Below, piece by piece: positions 27,133 through 39,150 of a stretch of 64,000 nucleotides of DNA (position 1 is its first letter; each line of letters starts with the position of its first letter). A program made the translations under genes and the position numbers. This DNA is from Phyllobates terribilis (taxonomy: Eukaryota). A model generated the notes under the pieces. It did no database searches. It saw only the letters and a program-made list of their open reading frames with translations, and was not told the DNA's origin. The stretch covers positions 1-64,000 of the forward strand of contig NW_027366878.1 of assembly GCF_046119375.1 (NCBI RefSeq), read 5' to 3'.

Positions 27133-28979
27133 CAAGATAGTGAAAGATCACAATGTAGGGGAAAGGACAGTAAATCATGCAAAAGACATACACATGCAAC
27201 TCATCCAGTATTTAACAAAGCAAGGAATAGAGCGATCGACATCGATCTATCAACAATCAAGGGAAAATCGAGTGATCACACAACATGAATAACAAATGCA
27301 ACCCAGCCAGGGTGTTTAACAAAGCAAGTTTTGCAGAGATCGACACCGATCTGGTAACAATCAAGGGGAACGACAGCAATCACACAACCCAATTACACAT
27401 GCAAAACAGCCAGGGCTTTTGACAAATCAAGACACAAACAGATCGCCATCGATCTAGCCAGAATGAAGGGGAAACGAACGACAGCAATCACACAACAAAT
27501 AATACGCATGCAATCCTGCGAGGGCAATGTAGCAAATCAAGACACATGGAGATTGACAGCAGCAATAAAGGGGTTCGACATGAAAGAACAACAAGGTAAT
27601 CGATCCGATCTTGAACTCAAATTTGAACTGCAAACACTCAAGATCGGTTTAAATCACCCAAATCAAGCCAAAACACCGATTTCACAATCAGTACCAATAT
27701 TGGGGACGAGAAACAGAGCACCGTGAAAGAAGTTCAAAGAAATTAACATAAACAGAGCAAGATTTTTGGGGATATCATCGAACACAATTCCCAAAGGGTA
27801 AGATCGAGATCGGATTCAACCTTCATCTCAGGATCTAGTTCAATCACCCACAAGCTCCAACAAAAAAGCACCCAAATCAACCGCAGCAAAATACAGAACT
27901 GGGGACGATTTTAAGGACCCAAATCAAGCATAAAAACTACCCAAATCAAGCGCATCAAAATACAGTATTGGGGACGATTTTAATCACAAAAATCAAATAT
28001 AAAAAGCAGTTTTCAAGTTCAAGATCGTGATCAAATGCGACCACCGAGAGCCAGATGAAGATCGAGGATCAAGAACAAGATCAAGATCATCGATCAAGGG
28101 GAAGATCTGGATCAGATATCGGAGGCCCAAGAAAAAATTTTGATCAACACACATAAAAAGAGCTAATCCGGGGACGAGAAAGAGGTAGAAGAAAGGATCA
28201 GACCAAGATCCATGACAAGAGAGGCGGGGATCAAGCAACGAGAGCGGCGGTGTAGGGAGTGAATTAGGGTTTCGGAGGGGGAGAGAGTAGAATAAGAGAG
28301 TTCTAGATAGTGAGGGAGTGAAGAGTGGGAGAGATCAGAATAAGAGAGGGGTAGGGATAGATTTAGGGTTTCGGTGGGGAGGGTTTTTGGGCTGGGTTTG
28401 GGTTTGGGTTTGGGTTGGGTTTGGGTTGGGTTGGGTTAGGGAATGGGTTAGAGTAGGATTAGATTGAATGTGGGCTTTTGGGGTAGGTTTTTGTTTTTCT
28501 TTTCAGCCCAATTAATCTATGTGTAAAAATAACTAGTGTTTCTTTACAAAAAATTTTAATTTTAAACCTACAATTAATTTTAAATTGGATTTTTCAAATG
28601 TAATTAGTGAAGTTAAGTATAGTTCATGAATATAAATTCTGTTGAAATTTGAAGATGAAATGGTTTTGGTGGGAGAAGTAGTTGGAATATATGGGTAGTT
28701 GGGTCCGATTTGATAGTTAGAGAGAGAAATAAATAAAGTGAAAAGTGATGATGAGTATGAATAAAATATGTAAAGAAATAGAGTTATAGGGGTATTAAGG
28801 GGAGAAAGAGTATGTACAAAAGAGGAAATTGTTCAAATTCAAGGGGACAACCGAAATGAAAATTGTCCAAACAAAATGGGACGGAGGAAGTATATATTAA
28901 AATTAAGATTAGATAGATGTTCTTTGAAGTACATATTAAATATCAAAGATTAAATGAACCTGATCACACAAATAAACCA

Positions 28980-30103
28980 TCTACATCTATATATATACTT
29001 ACAACTTGGCCTACTTTCAAGTAAACGTGTCATCAATGCTCCAATATTTTTATCTTCCATTTTTTTCTTGAAAGCATATATCCTATTACATACTAATGGG
29101 CCTCTATTTTTACTTATATGGATCGTACACACCATTTAATAGGTCAATGTGATCAGGTCATTTCTGTAGAGTTCTGTGAAAATCAACATTGTTCTCTTCT
29201 GTAACCTCCGTCTAAAAATCAAAATTGTTCTGACGGTATGTGGTTGACATTAAACTAAATCATTATGCTATGATTTTGTTCTAAAATGATCAAGTCTTCT
29301 TTTTTGGAGCTAAATCAAAATCACTATTGTTCTCTCTTGCAATCTCCATCTAAAAATCACAATAGTTCCGACGTTTAATACTATGATTTAGTTTTACGTC
29401 GATTCAGCCTCTTATATGATTTTAGTTTATTCTCTCATTATTAATAAAATGTATATCAATAAATCAAAATTTTAATACAATGACATATTTAAATGTCAAG
29501 AGTTTCGTACAAAATAAAATTTTTGAGATAATTCTATAAGTTAAAGTCAAAATATTATTAAGTTCTAAACCCGTCGAGTTCCAAAAAAAGCATCGTGTAC
29601 ATGATAATCAAGTAGTACTAATTCATATAGTTATGTTAAAAATAAATAAAAATTATTAACAAACTATACACAATGACCTTGAACAAAATAAAACTAAAGA
29701 AAAATGGTTCATAGTCAAGTATTTGACATGTACAGAATAATATTTATGAATAAATAAGCAGTTCCATCAATCTATATATGTATGTAAATCATTTTAACGA
29801 TATCAAATTTGATAATTCAACTATATGCATAAAAATAAAATTTCTCAAAAATATTAAAGGCACAAATATATGATGATAATGATGTAGTAGCAACTGATAT
29901 AAGTTGTGTAGCCCTTCACCCATAAATATATTGTCACAAACAAAAATACAAACAAAACATTTATAACATTATGATATAGATCATATAGAATATAGCACGG
30001 AAATCCCCTTTTCCCACCAAAAATACAAGTATTTACAGAATATAAAATAATAATAAATAAAAATAATTGATAGCCCGTGCGAACCACGGACATCAAGTAC
30101 TAG
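28980..30103 (+). mobile_element. Non-autonomous Helitron (about 1.1 kb)
   Basis: 3' end: hairpin CCGTG-CGAAC-CACGG (30075-30089), then CTAG (30100-30103) followed by T. Candidate 5' A|TC at 28979-28981 (TCTACATCTATATATAT); the 5' boundary is less certain. Confidence 0.6.
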
Positions 30104-30147
30104 TATTATACAATGAGAGGCCTGAACTCACTAAGAAACCCTTAAAT

Positions 30148-31497
30148 TTATTTGTCAATTCCCTTCAAGTTATTGTCCATAACGACCCTTTCATGTATTT
30201 CTGGAACCAAATCTGCCTTCTGAAACTTCTTATATATATCAGTCGCATAGTACTTCCTTGTCCTCACCACTAGAATCAACGATATAAACATGGCTATGGC
30301 CGTCGCTGCCGTTATAATGAAAAAAGCTGGCTTAAAACACTGAACTCCATCACAATTCAACTCCTCCCCCTCTTTCCTCTCCAACCCTAAAACCTCCATC
30401 TGTCTTAGCGCCTCCTTATCATACAGTCCGCCTGTTACCCTCACATTTAAGATGTAACCCCCAACAGGGCTCGCCAATGGCCCAACATTGAACAATGTAG
30501 AATAGTATTTGAGTCCGAAGATTTCAGAGATTATGGATAACAAAAGGGGCCATTGGGCCCCGTAGCTAAATCCGATGATAACCGATGCAACATAGATCCC
30601 GTTCGTTGGCCCAAAAGCGATTAGAAGGTGGCCAACACACGATAGGAGCAGAATAATCGTCATCATCAATGGCCTAGGGATCTTGTACTTGGTTAGAAAG
30701 TACTCAGAGAGGACTCCCATTACTACTCGACCAAGATAATTCCATATGCTCACTAGGGATACGAATGTCGTTATACTCTTGGCTGGGTACCCAAGAGACT
30801 TCCCTATCTGGCCCAAGTTATCAATAGCGGTCAAAGTTCCACCTAACCCACAAGTCATAATGATAAACAGTATGATCATGTCGATACTAAAGAGTGCTTG
30901 TAAGATAGTGTGGTCTTCTCCTCTCTGTGGTGGTCTGAACATGTTTTGATACCATTTATCCACTTCCCTCCCATTCTGCTCAAGGGTGGTATATTTGGTT
31001 GTCATGACATCGATCTGAGACTCATTGTTGGCATCCATGTTGGATTCTTGTTGATATAGTTTAGCCTTCCATAGTGCAATCTCTTGTTTGTAGACAATGT
31101 AGAGAGGCAGGCAGATGAGGAAGATGACGACGACCATGCTTCCAATGTATTCGTTATGTGAAAATGTGATTCGGGTTTCAAGTAGAATCATGATAAAGAG
31201 AAAGGATGCAAGGCCAAGAGACATGTAGAGAAGCTGGTAGAAGACGTTGACCTCTTTAGGGTTAGAGGCAGTTTTGATGACGCGGATGGAGGCGATGAAG
31301 ATGAGACAGATACCTGTTGGGAGGAAGCCGATGAAGAGGATCAGAGCTTTGGGATTTTGGAAAAAAATGGCCCGATAGAGTTGAGTTATGATGGCACCGC
31401 TTAAACCAACGAAGCCCTTTAATACGCCTAAGATTACGCCTCTTCCCTCTGGAAAGTTTATCACCAATGTCACCAATGCTGCTGTGTTTGCAAAGGC
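30148..31497 (-). CDS. Nodulin-like / NFD4-type major facilitator superfamily transporter, terminal exon only (449 codons plus stop)
   Basis: CAG acceptor then AFANTAALVTLVINFPEGRGVILGVLKGFVGLSGAI, RGEDHTILQALFSIDM, GGTLTAIDNLGQIG, FVSLVSIWNYLGRV, SEIFGLKYYSTLFN. Frame uninterrupted. The N-terminal nodulin-like exon was not found in the window. Confidence 0.85.
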   Translation of the reverse strand, partial: AFANTAALVTLVINFPEGRGVILGVLKGFVGLSGAIITQLYRAIFFQNPKALILFIGFLPTGICLIFIASIRVIKTASNPKEVNVFYQLLYMSLGLASFLFIMILLETRITFSHNEYIGSMVVVIFLICLPLYIVYKQEIALWKAKLYQQESNMDANNESQIDVMTTKYTTLEQNGREVDKWYQNMFRPPQRGEDHTILQALFSIDMIILFIIMTCGLGGTLTAIDNLGQIGKSLGYPAKSITTFVSLVSIWNYLGRVVMGVLSEYFLTKYKIPRPLMMTIILLLSCVGHLLIAFGPTNGIYVASVIIGFSYGAQWPLLLSIISEIFGLKYYSTLFNVGPLASPVGGYILNVRVTGGLYDKEALRQMEVLGLERKEGEELNCDGVQCFKPAFFIITAATAIAMFISLILVVRTRKYYATDIYKKFQKADLVPEIHERVVMDNNLKGIDK

Positions 31498-32340
31498 CTG
31501 CGTGAAGCAAAATTGCGAAACTAAAATCCAATTAACATATTTATAGACGTTATATGAACTTATAATTTTTGATGTCATAGTAATTTAAGCAAATTCTTTA
31601 TTGAAACAATCATCAAGCGGCAGTGACATTTGATATTGGAAAGAGGGATTTAAGTCATTTAACCTTGTGTCCCAATATTATGACTAATTTCAAGCTAGAA
31701 TAAGTAATCTATCTCTCTTCTATAATTTATATAAATCAGTTTTCCTATGTAATTAATATACTTCTGTGTTAAATTGTTAGCCTAAATTGAGTTGGAATTG
31801 TGTACTTAATGCACAGTAATGTATACCTAGTAACGATTCGGATCAACTCTATTATCCTTTATTGACATGTAAGCACAGTATCTACTCATTTTCCATATCA
31901 TTATCTCCCTCGATTAATTTAATGATTTTAACTCTCTGGCACCCCAACAAATTTCTTTGCAAACCCCTACGTCTTTTTTTACTTGAACAGATTCAGATTT
32001 AGTACTAACACTAATAATATAAATGATAAATAATTCGGCGGTCTAAAAGTTCTCAGACGCCTACAATGTCCATTAATCTCCTGACGAGCTACACCATGCA
32101 TAAATTGTAGAGGATCCGAAATCCTAGATCTACAATGCCAAGAGCCGGTTCCAGTTTGATTGAAATGTTTCCTGCTTGCTCACATTCAGGAAGATAAATA
32201 ACCGATCAGAATCACCGGTCAGAGCTCTTCCTCTGAACTGTTGTTTAAGGGAAACTAGGTCTTGTCAATGTTCCGGGCTATAATGTTAAGCAATTTCTTT
32301 TATTATCTCTAATCATGCGTTTAGAATATAACGATAGTGA

Positions 32341-32661
32341 ATTTAGGCTCGCCAATACTTAAAATCAAATGAAAGTAGATTAAAGTAGCTGAAATTTCAG
32401 CTTTTCCATCTAGGTCATTGTCGAACGCCCTTTTTTGAGCAAAATTCCATCTATAGAAATTTTCATCTACCTTTTACAAATTCCATCTACTTTCATCTAA
32501 TTTCTCTTAAACTTTCCATCTCCCAAATCCTAGATGAAAAAAATTCCATCTACCTTAAATTCCATCTACCCTTATTTCATTTACCATTCCATCTATTTTT
32601 TTCATCTACCACTTTTCATCTAGATGAAATAAATTTCATCTAGGTGTTGCCGAACGGAGCC
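32341..32661. mobile_element. Terminal fragment of a PIF/Harbinger/Tourist-family element
   Basis: Right end reads (reverse complement) GGCTCCGTTCGG, followed by TTA; many TTCCATCTA/TTTCATCTA subterminal motifs. The same TIR sequence occurs at about 52588. Confidence 0.6.
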
Positions 32662-34514
32662 TTAGTAGAACTAACTTTTGTCATTCCGTCTTTTACATGG
32701 GTTTCATAAACGTGATCAAAGCAATACTCAACTAACTGGGTTCTTCTAGAAGTTCAGTTCTTCTAGAAAAGTAGAATGTACAACTTCATAACATTTTCTG
32801 CACTCAAGATTTATGACTTGAAGAATACCTAGCTGATACGATTTTCTTTATAGCTATATCCTTGATTAGTCTTAAATTTTTTTTTTACTTTCAGTATTTC
32901 ATTTGTAAATTATCGCTTATTCAATGTCAATGATGTAATATATTTGTGTGTTTGAGTTGAGATAAGAGCAATTATAAATTTGTAATTAAGACTAAGAGCA
33001 TTTTTTATTTCTTGTTCCCTTACATAATTTTGGAAGCAAGTTATATAAGGTCGCGGAGCTAGCTAAAAGAAACCAGAGAGAGGAAGAATTGAAGATGAAC
33101 GTTGTAGGCTTTAGTCTATATGATGCTGCCTAATGTGTTAGATCATATAGTTATACGACAAGGGAGGGTGGTACATGGTGAATGATTATAACCATCTTCA
33201 ATTGGCTAATTGAAATTAAGAGGAAGATATTATGTCACTATGTTAAGTACTGATAAACTAGCTGCCCTAACTAGGGATTAATAAGCTCACTAGTAGTGAT
33301 CGGACATCCTCGATAACCCCGCCCAAAAAATATTATGTCACCGCATAACATGTATTGCCTAGCAACAAATATGAAGCTTCATACACAATTTTTAACTTAA
33401 ATTTAGATACCAAACTGTGATTTCTGATGCATATAATATTAAAACAGTTCAAGCATTAATAGTTTAAATAGAAACACAAGCTAAGATACTTCCAAATGTA
33501 GTGGATGATATAATTATAGTACGCGGGAGGGTGGTACGTAGTAGAGGATTATAACCATGTTCAGGTAGCTAATTGAAATTAAGAGTAAGATATTATGTTA
33601 CTGTATAATATATATTGCTTAGCAAAGGATAAGAAACTTGATAGGCAATTCATAACTTAATTCAGATACTAAATTGAGATTCCAAATCTATATAATATCT
33701 AGACATTTCAAATATTAACAGTTTATTTTTCAGTAAATAAAAATACAAGCCGATCCGTTAAAAAAAAAAATACTAGCACAAACGTAAGAAGTGAATAAAG
33801 AGAAGTTATGTGATTGTAATATCCAATATCTTTTAAGATATTATAGCACATTCAAAATAAACTAAATCCCTTAAAATATTAAAATCATAAAATATAATAA
33901 TATTGTAATAGGTTGTTTTAATATGATATAATAACATTCTTTTTGATCGGGCCAACATTAAAATAATAGAATTGATTCTCACAAATATCGAACCTGGAAT
34001 AAAGGGGCGGGGTGACACCCCTACCATCCAAGCAACTGACTTCTAACATATGATATATTAACATTGAGTATTACATAGCGTAAGTATGGGGTGGCCAGTC
34101 GTTTCCTAAACCCTTTTTTAAATTTTATGTCATGGCTAATGCAGAGTACGGGTCTTACACATACAATTGACTCTCTTTTTTTACCTTCAAAAAAATATAC
34201 AATTGAGTTTTTCAATTAATGTTTCCAATTTAATATTCAGAAAAGTAGAAAGTTTAATGTAAGAAGTAATTTTTCATATAGAGCCTATAAAAATTATGAT
34301 GTAATATGTGAGATAGTTAGACTTAAATCTTTGATATACATAATTTTATGTAGACGAATATTATACAGTCTTCGTCATTAATCAATAGTAATATTCATAA
34401 AATGAAGTAAATTTAATGTAGAAAGAAGCAATTTCTTTTATAGAACGTATATATACACACTAAAACATTTAGGGTCTTTCATACACATAATTCAATGTAG
34501 AAAGATGCAATTTA

Positions 34515-35195
34515 ATAAGGATGCGTTTCAGGTGTAAACAAATCGTATGGTGTAAAATAAGAACAAATCTAGATCGTTGGATCATTCAAGAAAATGCAAT
34601 TCGGATGTTAAAAAATGCATGTTAATAAAAAAAATACATGTCGGGGGCAAAAAAATGCATGTCAATAAAAATGCATGCTGGATGCCCAAAAATACATCTA
34701 TATTTTGCATGCAATTTTAATATATTAGCATTCACTTTTTCACATAAGAATGCATTTTTCGCACATAAGCATGCACTTTCGACACATAAACTTACATTTG
34801 ATTTTAAATGCATTTTAAGCTGAACTTGAATGCATTTTCAAGAAATAAACATGCATTTTAAAGAAATAAACATGCATTTTTGAAATATATGTCTGCATTT
34901 TTGCATGCTTATTTTTAAAATGCATTCAAGCCAACTCACAATGCATATTAATCAAAATACAAGTTTATGTATTGAGAGTGCATGCTTATTTGCTAAAGTG
35001 CATGCTAATGTGTTAAAAATGCATGTAAAATATAGATGGATAAAAGGGCCTCCGACTTGCATTTTTATTGGGATGCATCTTTGGGCCTCCGACTTGCATT
35101 TTTATTGGGATGCATTTTTGGGCCTCCGATATTCATCTTTATCTGTTCTCATTTTACACCATAAGATTTGTTTACACCTGACGTTTTTTCTTTTA
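34515..35195. mobile_element. Non-autonomous long-TIR element (Mutator-like MITE), ATGCAT-rich
   Basis: Inverted repeat TCAGGTGTAAACAAATC(G/T)TATGGTGTAAAAT(A/G)AGAACA at about 34528-34566 and 35143-35181; boundaries approximate, TSD not resolved. Confidence 0.7.
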
Positions 35196-35334
35196 TTAAC
35201 ACCCACTAAAACATCTAAAGTAAATTTAAATAATATAACATTGAACCTATGAATAGTAAAAAATATTAAGTATTATTTTCAAAAATAAATGGTTATTAAA
35301 AATTGAAAAGTTTCATGTAAGAAAGTTTCTCTTG

Positions 35335-36650
35335 GGTGAGAAGTGAGAATGAATTCTAGTCATTGGGTTTGAAAAAATTCAATCACTAGAAGTCAACCTT
35401 ATTTAAAATGAGTTGACTATCGCTTACCACTTTTGACTGGTCGCTGACCGGTGTTGAGGGCCATTAGCTTCATAATTCTTTAGCTCAATAATCTATTTTT
35501 TCACGGGATATTTTTATTTTCACATGAAATGTGCAATATTTTTGTTTAGATTGTGTGATATTTATACTAGAATGTGTTATAAATTTACATATATAATGCA
35601 TGGGATGTCTAAAGACAAAATTTATCATATTCTTAAATGTACAACATTTTTTACTAAAAATATGCAATGGTTTGAACGTGTAAGTGCAATAAAATTATAA
35701 ATATTTTGTATTGCATTTCGATGATAATATTTTAAATATTTCGCATATATTATTAGCATTTACATGTAAATTTACTTAAAAAACCTAACACATATATATG
35801 AAACCGATGCACATATGATTAAGAAGGTTATATACTAAAATTTTCAATCACATTTAATAATAACAATATTGTTAGTTTACTTAGAATACTTTGCATATTT
35901 ACTTAGATGATCCTGTAAAATTACTCATAAAACCTTGGACATTTACTAAAAATATCTTGGACATGTGTAGAAAACTTACGTATATTAGACGCACATTTAC
36001 AACAACCAAATTCGTTAGGCTTTTCACATTGTTAAGAAAAACGGTGTATATTTTGTAAGAGAACCTCACACAATAATGATATTTCAATACACATTTATTT
36101 TATAAAAAAATTAATTAAATCTAATCACTTTCTAATGCACATTTACTTATAATACTCTATAGATTCAATCAACCTTGCACAGTCACTTATAAAATCTTGC
36201 ACATTTACTCATACGATCTTGCGCAACTACTTATAAACATTGCACTTTATTCATATGATTTTGCACAATTACTTATAAAAGCTTGCTCATTTATGCATAA
36301 TATCTTGCATATGTATTAAAAATTGATGCATATTTGATCATAAAAAAAATCAACTAAAACTACTCACATTCCAATACACATTTACGCAGATTTTGTTACA
36401 CATCTACGTAGATTTTATTGTAGATTAACACACAAAATGTTGCATATTCTCCGAAGAAAAAATTTATGCTTAGAAAAAAAATTGGTCAAAATTTATTTTT
36501 TTAAAAAAAGGTCAATGTCGGTGTTGACCATGACCTTTGACTATGTTGACCATTGACCTTGACTGTATGATTAATCCTAATCATTGAATTCAAAAATATC
36601 CAATGACTAGCTTTTGTTCTTATTTCTCAGAAGTAAGAAGTTTTTCACTA
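35335..36650. mobile_element. Non-autonomous long-TIR element (Mutator-like), degraded
   Basis: About 50-bp degenerate inverted repeat (GAGAA..AGAA....CTAGTCATTGG...AATTCAAT.A.TAG) at both ends; AT-rich interior. Confidence 0.5.
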
Positions 36651-38564
36651 GAACCTTATCGTCAAAAATACTACATATATTAGCCAGCTACTCGTGCAAA
36701 GGACGATAAACTCGCTCCTAGTATATTAACATTTCTAGAGTTAATATTGTATTATAACAACTAGAACCCTTCGGGTAGACATAGCTTGTGTTTCGCATAT
36801 ATCACTATATTTATTTATAGTGTTTGTTTGTGACTATATTTATTTGATAAGGTTGGTTTGATCAATTGCGTTGCTTAACAGATTCTTTTATTATAGTAAA
36901 CATTTTCAAATGAACATATTAGATATAATATGTTACACGATTTCTAACAATAATGTGTTTGGTTTATTCTATTATTACGTACTAATGTTATAAAACTTGT
37001 TCAAACTAAATGCTAGATGTATGTCGTCATTTTTTTACATCATTTTTTCCTTTTGACTATTTTTTTTGCAAGTTTCAACTGGATTGATAGGTATTCTTAT
37101 GCTCAATAAATATAATTGCACACGCATTCAAATCACATATAATTATCTTGAATATTTTATACCAGTGATTAAGCATAAAGTATATATAGTTCTGTTAAAC
37201 TAATAAGTATGTTTTAAATTTGGAATCCAAGTCTTGAAAACCGGTGAATTTATCCTGGTGTTTTAGACTTGTGTGTCAATCAATTGAGATTTGTATAAAT
37301 TTAACTACTAATATTGTTTTACATTAAATTTGCTTATATGTTTTTTGATCTTTCTTTAAAGTTTGATAAAAACTACAAAATTATGGATATGTGTCTATAT
37401 TTTAGTTTTTTTTCCTTGTGATGGGTCTAAATTTTAAGAAAATTTAAAGATATACCGTGTATCACAAATATTTCTATTATGATCTCGATCGATATAGCGT
37501 TTTATCTATAGTTATATAAAACTTAAAATTCTATAAATTTAACATGATCATATATAATTCTGTTTGATTGTTTTATATTTAAAAGAATGTATAAATAATA
37601 TGATTAAAGAGAGATTTTTAGTTTTGCTTTTTGTTATTCAACTAAATGAGTTTAGACATGATATTTCAATGAGTTAAGAAGAAGATATATAGCTCTACTT
37701 CAATAAAAAAAATTGATTAAAAGTTTTAATGGAGATATTTCATGATTTAGAACCCACCTAGACTTTAATGATACTAGGACCTTCAGGCTCATCCTAAGCA
37801 CGACCCATTTCTTTTTTCACTCTTTTGTGCGTTTTATGTTGGTTATACATTATTTTATTTTTTATTTTTTGACTCTCCATTTTTATCAGCCTATTGTATT
37901 ATGGTGCCTCTTTTTTAAGTTTTTTTTCTCTTTTTTATTTTACTTGTCCTCTTTTGTTACCATGGAACCCTTTTTTGTGTGTTTTATACTTCATCCATTA
38001 TTTCATAACAATTAAATCCCATAATTAAATAATAAGCTTGTTAGTAACACTGTCTTATTTTATCTGAATGACATTTCTTTGTTTAATTTTCTCAAGTTCA
38101 CACCTTTTTTCTTCCCTTAAGTATCGTGTACCTCATCTTTTTTTTTTCTTCTAATTTTTTTATTGTATGTTCATTTTAATTTTTCTTGTGTTTCTGAATA
38201 TTTGTTTGTTTTTTGGAGGATTTTTCTTGTAATTTTTTCTCTATTCCTTTTTTCTTCCCTTAATAGAACCATGTAGTACTACCCTTCTTTGCGTTGGCTA
38301 TGTCGTCTTGCTTATTGTATTCTCATTTTTTTTCTATCTGTGCACCTTACTTTGTTCAATGTCATTAATTATTGCCATCACGGAATAAAGATATATGAGG
38401 GTTTAATGAATTCAACCGATAGTAGGAAGATCAAGAGTCACAGACGTTTAGAATTCGAAGAATTGAATGGATTTGGATTGTTCAAAACGGCAGCTAAGGG
38501 TAATGTGGATTGATCGATATTGACTATTACTTCGGAATCTTAATTAGGAATCTTAAACACCACA

Positions 38565-38779
38565 ATTTCCAGCAAGGGGTTTTAATGAGGCCCGGGGTTG
38601 TCTTTCACCCTGCTCGTATAGCTGCACTATGATCTTGATGTTTTGATTTGTTTTTCTCTTGTTGGATTGTCACAGCCTGGGGGCTTGTTTTCCTCCGTAT
38701 GTGCTTTGTTTTGACGTTGTTTTGTATCACTCTATCCCTTTATATGACTATATATCCGATTTTACCTTTGGCAAAAAAA
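38565..38779 (+). mobile_element. 5'-truncated LINE 3' end
   Basis: Ends TTACCTTTGGC plus A9, the same terminal signature as the L1 ending at 3123; T-rich 3' UTR-like body. Confidence 0.6.
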
Positions 38780-38934
38780 AACCAATTATTTTTTCTCTCT
38801 ATATATATATATTAGAATTAGGATAAGATTAGATTAGATGGATATGGTTCCATATTAACTAAGTAACCTATTTAGTAGTATAGAGGGTTAATTCGGTGGG
38901 GGCTAATTTTGTGGAAGGACTGTGAGCACTATGA

Positions 38935-39150
38935 TAGTGCACTACTGTATTACTAGATAGGGCAGCAATGCACTACTAGAAAGTGCATCGGTGCATTAAT
39001 GTAGAGTGCACTTCATAGTTCACTTAAAAATGAGGAGTGCACTAGTGCACCATCGAGTAGTGCACCAGTATTGTACTAATGAGTGCACCAGTGCACTAAT
39101 AAAAGTGCACCCTAGTACACTAATGAGTGCACTAGTGGTGCACTCGGAAT
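38935..39150. repeat. GTGCAC-motif-rich interspersed repeat
   Basis: About ten AGTGCAC/GTGCACTA motifs in roughly 200 bp; similar to 17845-18005. Confidence 0.6.

Larger units (their letters stand above)
23329..28890 (+). mobile_element. Plant mariner-like element (Tc1/mariner DD39D, Stowaway-partner type), 5562 bp
   Basis: TA TSD at 23327-23328 and 28891-28892; TIRs CTCCCTCTGTCCC and (reverse complement) CTTCCTCCGTCCC; transposase in the left half. Confidence 0.93.

Noticed and set aside
33040-33135. TATA box plus short ORF (MNVVGFSLYDAA) as a small-peptide gene or MFS first exon
   Set aside because: Only 12 codons, on the wrong strand for the MFS gene, with no supporting motif.
36768-38838. 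Minus-strand Helitron spanning about 2 kb
   Set aside because: Candidate ends exist (TCTAATCTAATC start, short CCC-GAA-GGG hairpin plus CTAG), but the hairpin is too weak and pairing of the ends cannot be supported without a repeat library.
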